From Promethearchaeota archaeon (GTDB lineage: Archaea > Asgardarchaeota > Lokiarchaeia > Sigyniarchaeales > SOKP01): a stretch of DNA of 57,139 bases. This document shows, in pieces, positions 53,188-57,139 of this stretch. The notes beneath the pieces were generated by a model, which was not told the DNA's origin, did not search any database, and saw nothing but the letters and a program-made list of their open reading frames with translations. Position 1 is the first letter of the stretch; each line of letters begins with the position of its first letter. The stretch spans positions 1 through 57,139 of the forward strand of contig JABCSY010000012.1 in NCBI GenBank assembly GCA_018238625.1. The letters run 5' to 3'. A program made the position numbers and the translations under genes.

Positions 53188-54405
53188 GTGAACAAAAAGA
53201 ATAAAATAGTTTTATTCCTGTATCTCGTTATATCAATAATGCTAATCACCAAGTCCGCTAAAAGTTTTTCCTTCGATGTTTTTGTTTTTACAAGCGATAA
53301 AGAGATTTATTATCCTAATGAAAATATTAATATTAACGCTTCATGGGATTTAATTTATGATCCTGACAATGAAGTCTCGTATTTCCAAGTTCAAATATTT
53401 AATAGATTTGATGAGATTCTTTGGAATTCTTCACAACACCATGAAATTGGTTATTCAGAAAAGAATTGGACAGCAAATATTGAATTTTTAAATATTACAT
53501 TTTCTAATGATACTAGTACATTATTTATTAAATTATACCATTTTTATATAGATCAAAACGGAGGAGGGGGCCCTGTACATTCTTTTAGAGCGGTTTTAAT
53601 CGTAAATGTGTTAAAAAGAAATGTGATGTGTCAATTAATCAATTTTAGAAGCGTTTTGAAATATGGAGAATATAACTTTTTTACGGCTAAATTTTATAGC
53701 ACAGACAACAATTCTTATTTATTTAACGAAACTTTTCATTTTGAAATAATCTCTAATAAAAAAATCCTCTATCATAATAATTTTACAACAAACGAGAGTG
53801 GGGAAATTTCATTTAATATATCAACTATTTCTCATTTAAATTTAGGGGAAAATGACATTATTTTTAGTATAAGAAATAACTTGCTCTATAATAATGCAAC
53901 ATTTTCTTATGAAATTTTTGTAGAAAAACTAGCTATTTTCATAGAAATAATGAGATTTGATAACAATTTAGAAAACGATCGTCTAATATCAATCAAGCTT
54001 TATTTCTATTATTTCAACCAAAGTATAAAACCCCTTAAAAACCAGATTTTAAAAACAATTATATATAATGATTTAACTTTGGAATATGAAGATGATTTTA
54101 AAACCAACCAATCGGGATTTGTAGATATTAATATCTCTCCAAATAGCTTTAGATTTAAAGAAAACGAAAAATGGTTTTATGTTGATATCGTCTTCAATGG
54201 TACCAAATATCTAGAAAATAAAACAATAACTTTGAATTTTAAAATTCAAAATTTTTTAAGTCAAGAGGTTTCTAATTTATTTTTAACAGCAAACATTTTT
54301 CTTTTTTCGATTTTAATTATTCTTTTTACTTCTATTTGTATGAAAGTCAATATTAAAAAAAGAACAAAATTCAAGCTAATTAGAGATCTAACCTTTAAAT
54401 TCTAA
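53188..54405 (+). CDS. Secreted, C-terminally anchored surface protein
   Basis: Signal peptide, repeated TNxSG beta-sandwich motifs, many N-x-S/T sequons, C-terminal TM helix. Confidence 0.75.
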   Translation: MNKKNKIVLFLYLVISIMLITKSAKSFSFDVFVFTSDKEIYYPNENININASWDLIYDPDNEVSYFQVQIFNRFDEILWNSSQHHEIGYSEKNWTANIEFLNITFSNDTSTLFIKLYHFYIDQNGGGGPVHSFRAVLIVNVLKRNVMCQLINFRSVLKYGEYNFFTAKFYSTDNNSYLFNETFHFEIISNKKILYHNNFTTNESGEISFNISTISHLNLGENDIIFSIRNNLLYNNATFSYEIFVEKLAIFIEIMRFDNNLENDRLISIKLYFYYFNQSIKPLKNQILKTIIYNDLTLEYEDDFKTNQSGFVDINISPNSFRFKENEKWFYVDIVFNGTKYLENKTITLNFKIQNFLSQEVSNLFLTANIFLFSILIILFTSICMKVNIKKRTKFKLIRDLTFKF

Positions 54406-54420
54406 TTTATTTATTTAATT

Positions 54421-56454
54421 TCTTGAGTTTATAAGTTATTCTTTTTTTAAAATTTTTTCTTAAATTTATTCAATATTTATTTCCGACAAATCTGTTTAGT
54501 TCTCGGAAATACTTTTCTAAGAGCTGCATGCCAGCCATTTTAATTTTTCAACTTATTCACGTGCTAAACGAAGATGTGGTTTATTTTGCTCCTATGGTCA
54601 CCAACTATTACTTGTTGATATAAGAAATTGTTAAGATATCAAAACATTTTACCGCAATATTTAAATACTTCTGTACTCCAATATTATATAGATGGTGTTT
54701 TTAGTAAAAAAGGACGTTAAAGGTAATATATACCTTTATCTTGAAGAAAGAGCCTGGATTAACGGAAAATCTAAAAGGCTATGGCAAAAATATCTTGGTT
54801 CAGAAGATAAGATAAAAGAATACTTTAAACCCCTGACAAGACCTGAATATACCATTACAACTCTCGACTTTGGGCTCCCAATTGCTCTAATGAACCTCAT
54901 AAAAAAGCTCGATCTCATCAATATAATCAACGATTACTCGAATAAACGAATTCAAGGGTTAACATTAGGACATTATATCGTGTTAGCAGCTATAAACCGT
55001 TGCGTGAAACCAACTTCTAAGGCAAAAATTCGCGGGTGGTTTGAGCATACCGCACTTTTAGAGGTATTTCCCCCCATTGAGACGTATTTAGATTCAATGG
55101 CATATACGAACCATTTCAAGTATTTAACTCCTGAAATTATTGATAAGATAGAAGCCCGCATTCACGAAAAATTAGTCTCGAAATTCGGTGTGGAAATGAA
55201 GACTTTATTCTACGACCCTACCAATTTTTTCACTTATATCAATCCTAAGCCCGGCATGGAACTTCCTAACTACGGACGTTCCAAGGAGGGGCGATTTACA
55301 CTTAACCTTGTTGGGTTAACCCTTTTCTGTACTCATGATGGCGGACTTCCTATAATGCACGAGGTATACCCCGGAAATGTTCAGGACGCCAAGCTTTTTC
55401 GGGACGAATTAAAGCGCATTTTTAAACGACTAAAGGTTATTGGTGTAAAGAACGAAGAAATATGTTTGGTCTTTGATAAGGGAAATATCTCTCCAAAAGC
55501 ATTTGATCAAATTAATGATTCGGGCATTCGTTTTATTTGTTCAATCCGTCCCAGCACGCAAAAAGACCTTCTTAAGTTGCCTGCAAGTAAATTTACCCTT
55601 GAAATGCTCCCTAACGGAAAGAAAGTCGGAGTGCTTGAATTTGAATACAAAAAATACGGGGAAAATCACAGACTTTTTGCCGTATACAATCCGAATCAGA
55701 GAGAGCGACAGGAAAAAAATCTTAAAAAAAAGCTTGAAAAACGACTCTTAGAAGTTAATGAGTGGTTTAAGGACAGGCTAAACGTGAATAAATGGAGAAA
55801 ACCAGAAAATGTTGAGAAAAAAATACGGGACATCATTAAAACTAAAGCATATTTTAATTGGATCAAATATTCCGTCTCGGGAACGTACGCTAAAGTTAAC
55901 TATTCAATTAAAATTGATAAAAATGCCTTAAACGCTCACTTGGACACCCTTGGTAAGACATTCATTCTCTCTAACCACCCGACCATGGAGCCTCTTGAAG
56001 TCACATGGTTATACAGGCAACAATACACCGTGGAACGCGCATTTGCCTATATTAAATCGCCTACAATGCTCTCAATTAGACCCCTGAACTGTCATTCGGA
56101 TGAGAGCATTCGAGGTCATTCTTTCACGTGCGTTCTCGGTCTTTTACTCCTAACACTATTAACCCGAGAGGTCCAACGTGAATATAAAGAAATGAGTCTT
56201 CCTAAAATTGTAGAAACGCTCTCAGAAATTGAGTTAGCCATAATAAAATATGAGGGTACTAGAAAAAGTATTAAAAAAATGGTTGAAATCTCAAAAGAAG
56301 CTCTGAATTTGTCTAAATTCTTAAAACTTGATGAATATCTCTAATATAAATTTTTAATGGTCACTAACTTTTTTATTACGCCCCAAGAGGAGGTCATCTT
56401 TTAAAGTTACAGAGCGCAAAAGTTTTGAATGAATGATAACTTATAAACTCAAGA
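54421..56454 (+). mobile_element. IS1634-family insertion sequence
   Basis: 19-bp perfect terminal inverted repeats TCTTGAGTTTATAAGTTAT (54421-54439) and ATAACTTATAAACTCAAGA (56436-56454) flank the transposase. Confidence 0.88.
54692..56344 (+). CDS. IS1634-family DDE transposase
   Basis: YDPTNFF, GRSKEGR, YPGNVQD, VFDKG, YRQQYTVERAF..IK. Confidence 0.92.
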   Translation: MVFLVKKDVKGNIYLYLEERAWINGKSKRLWQKYLGSEDKIKEYFKPLTRPEYTITTLDFGLPIALMNLIKKLDLINIINDYSNKRIQGLTLGHYIVLAAINRCVKPTSKAKIRGWFEHTALLEVFPPIETYLDSMAYTNHFKYLTPEIIDKIEARIHEKLVSKFGVEMKTLFYDPTNFFTYINPKPGMELPNYGRSKEGRFTLNLVGLTLFCTHDGGLPIMHEVYPGNVQDAKLFRDELKRIFKRLKVIGVKNEEICLVFDKGNISPKAFDQINDSGIRFICSIRPSTQKDLLKLPASKFTLEMLPNGKKVGVLEFEYKKYGENHRLFAVYNPNQRERQEKNLKKKLEKRLLEVNEWFKDRLNVNKWRKPENVEKKIRDIIKTKAYFNWIKYSVSGTYAKVNYSIKIDKNALNAHLDTLGKTFILSNHPTMEPLEVTWLYRQQYTVERAFAYIKSPTMLSIRPLNCHSDESIRGHSFTCVLGLLLLTLLTREVQREYKEMSLPKIVETLSEIELAIIKYEGTRKSIKKMVEISKEALNLSKFLKLDEYL

Positions 56455-56512
56455 TAATATAAAAATAAAATGAAAATCAAGAATATAAAGATAAAAAAAA
56501 GGCAAAAAAAAT

Positions 56513-56806
56513 ATGAAAATTTCAGTGGAGGATTCAAGAACTGGCAAATTAATTAAGCTGGATGTTAAAGAACATCATGTGGTTGAAAGGATAGTAGATT
56601 AATTTGGAGATTGCCTCCATTTTCAATAAATAATCATCAAACACATGGGTATTATTAGTGCTGAACAGCGTACATACACGTTAGTCCTTAAAGGTCAGGA
56701 ATTGCCTACCAATATAACGGTTAAAGATGCTATTCACAAATTTGGACTAAAAGAAGAGGATAAGCTAGCCTTATGGGCGAGAGTTGTTGGAGGCACTTCT
56801 TTTTAA
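56513..56806 (+). CDS. Ubiquitin-like protein interrupted by a 30-nt putative BHB intron (exons 56513-56599 and 56630-56806)
   Basis: Joined product MKISVEDSRTGKLIKLDVKEHHVVERIVDIIIKHMGI...WARVVGG-TSF (87 aa) aligns with ubiquitin; the insert holds two in-frame TAA codons. Confidence 0.8.
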
Positions 56807-56924
56807 TTTTTTCATTTTTTATTTTATCATATTTTATGTTTTAAAAGAGATACCTTATTTTATTAAAAGAATTATTTCTGAAAATTAATAAGATTGTGAA
56901 TTTTGTGGTTATTAATGAATAAAT

Positions 56925-57139
56925 TTAATCTTCGATGATGATTATGTCATCATCTTCATCTTCTTTTTCATCCTCTTTAACACCATATTGTTTTTTAAGA
57001 TCTTCCATTGAATTTTGCTTGAAAAACTCAGCTGCCTTCAAACACGTGTCATAATTAAGAGGATCATCGGGATTTGGATTTTCTACTAATCTTTCTAAGG
57101 CTTTGGTCGTTGTTTTCAAGTCAGAAAGTCTAGACCATT
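56925..57139 (-). CDS. C-terminal part of a ubiquitin-conjugating enzyme E2 (truncated by the window edge)
   Basis: WSRLSDLKTTTKALERLVENPNPDDPLN matches the UBC pattern WSP...LL.DPNPDDPL; acidic tail. Confidence 0.8.
   Translation of the reverse strand, partial: WSRLSDLKTTTKALERLVENPNPDDPLNYDTCLKAAEFFKQNSMEDLKKQYGVKEDEKEDEDDDIIIIED

Noticed and set aside
56600-56634. Ubl insert as a MITE or transposon footprint flanked by TAA or TAAT direct repeats
   Set aside because: Excision at those repeats (27 or 31 nt) leaves a stop or a frameshift; only the 30-nt removal restores the ubiquitin register.

Overview
AT-rich chromosomal segment of an Asgard archaeon, most likely Lokiarchaeia/Promethearchaeota. 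The assignment rests on archaeal core genes and a 16S rRNA, plus profilin, Rab-like and MglA-like GTPases, tandem Roadblock proteins, a RING-like protein, a ubiquitin-like gene and an E2. Most genes are housekeeping: translation and ribosome biogenesis, CoA and methanofuran synthesis, RPA, FtsZ, thermosome. The window also holds a 16S-tRNA(Ala) unit without 23S, seven tRNA genes carrying 11 bulge-helix-bulge (BHB) introns at non-canonical positions, and one IS1634-family element. The main hidden signals are: (1) a ubiquitin-like gene missed by the ORF track (56513-56806), split by a 30-nt stop-containing insert that folds as a relaxed BHB, i.e. a candidate tRNA-type intron in an mRNA; (2) a four-intron tRNA-Asn with a 4-nt exon and overlapping splice motifs; (3) conserved genes, including the start-codon fidelity factor aIF1/SUI1, that can apparently only start at ATT; (4) a Roadblock / DENN-like / MglA-GTPase operon. 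All family calls come from recognising motifs by eye; no database searches were run.
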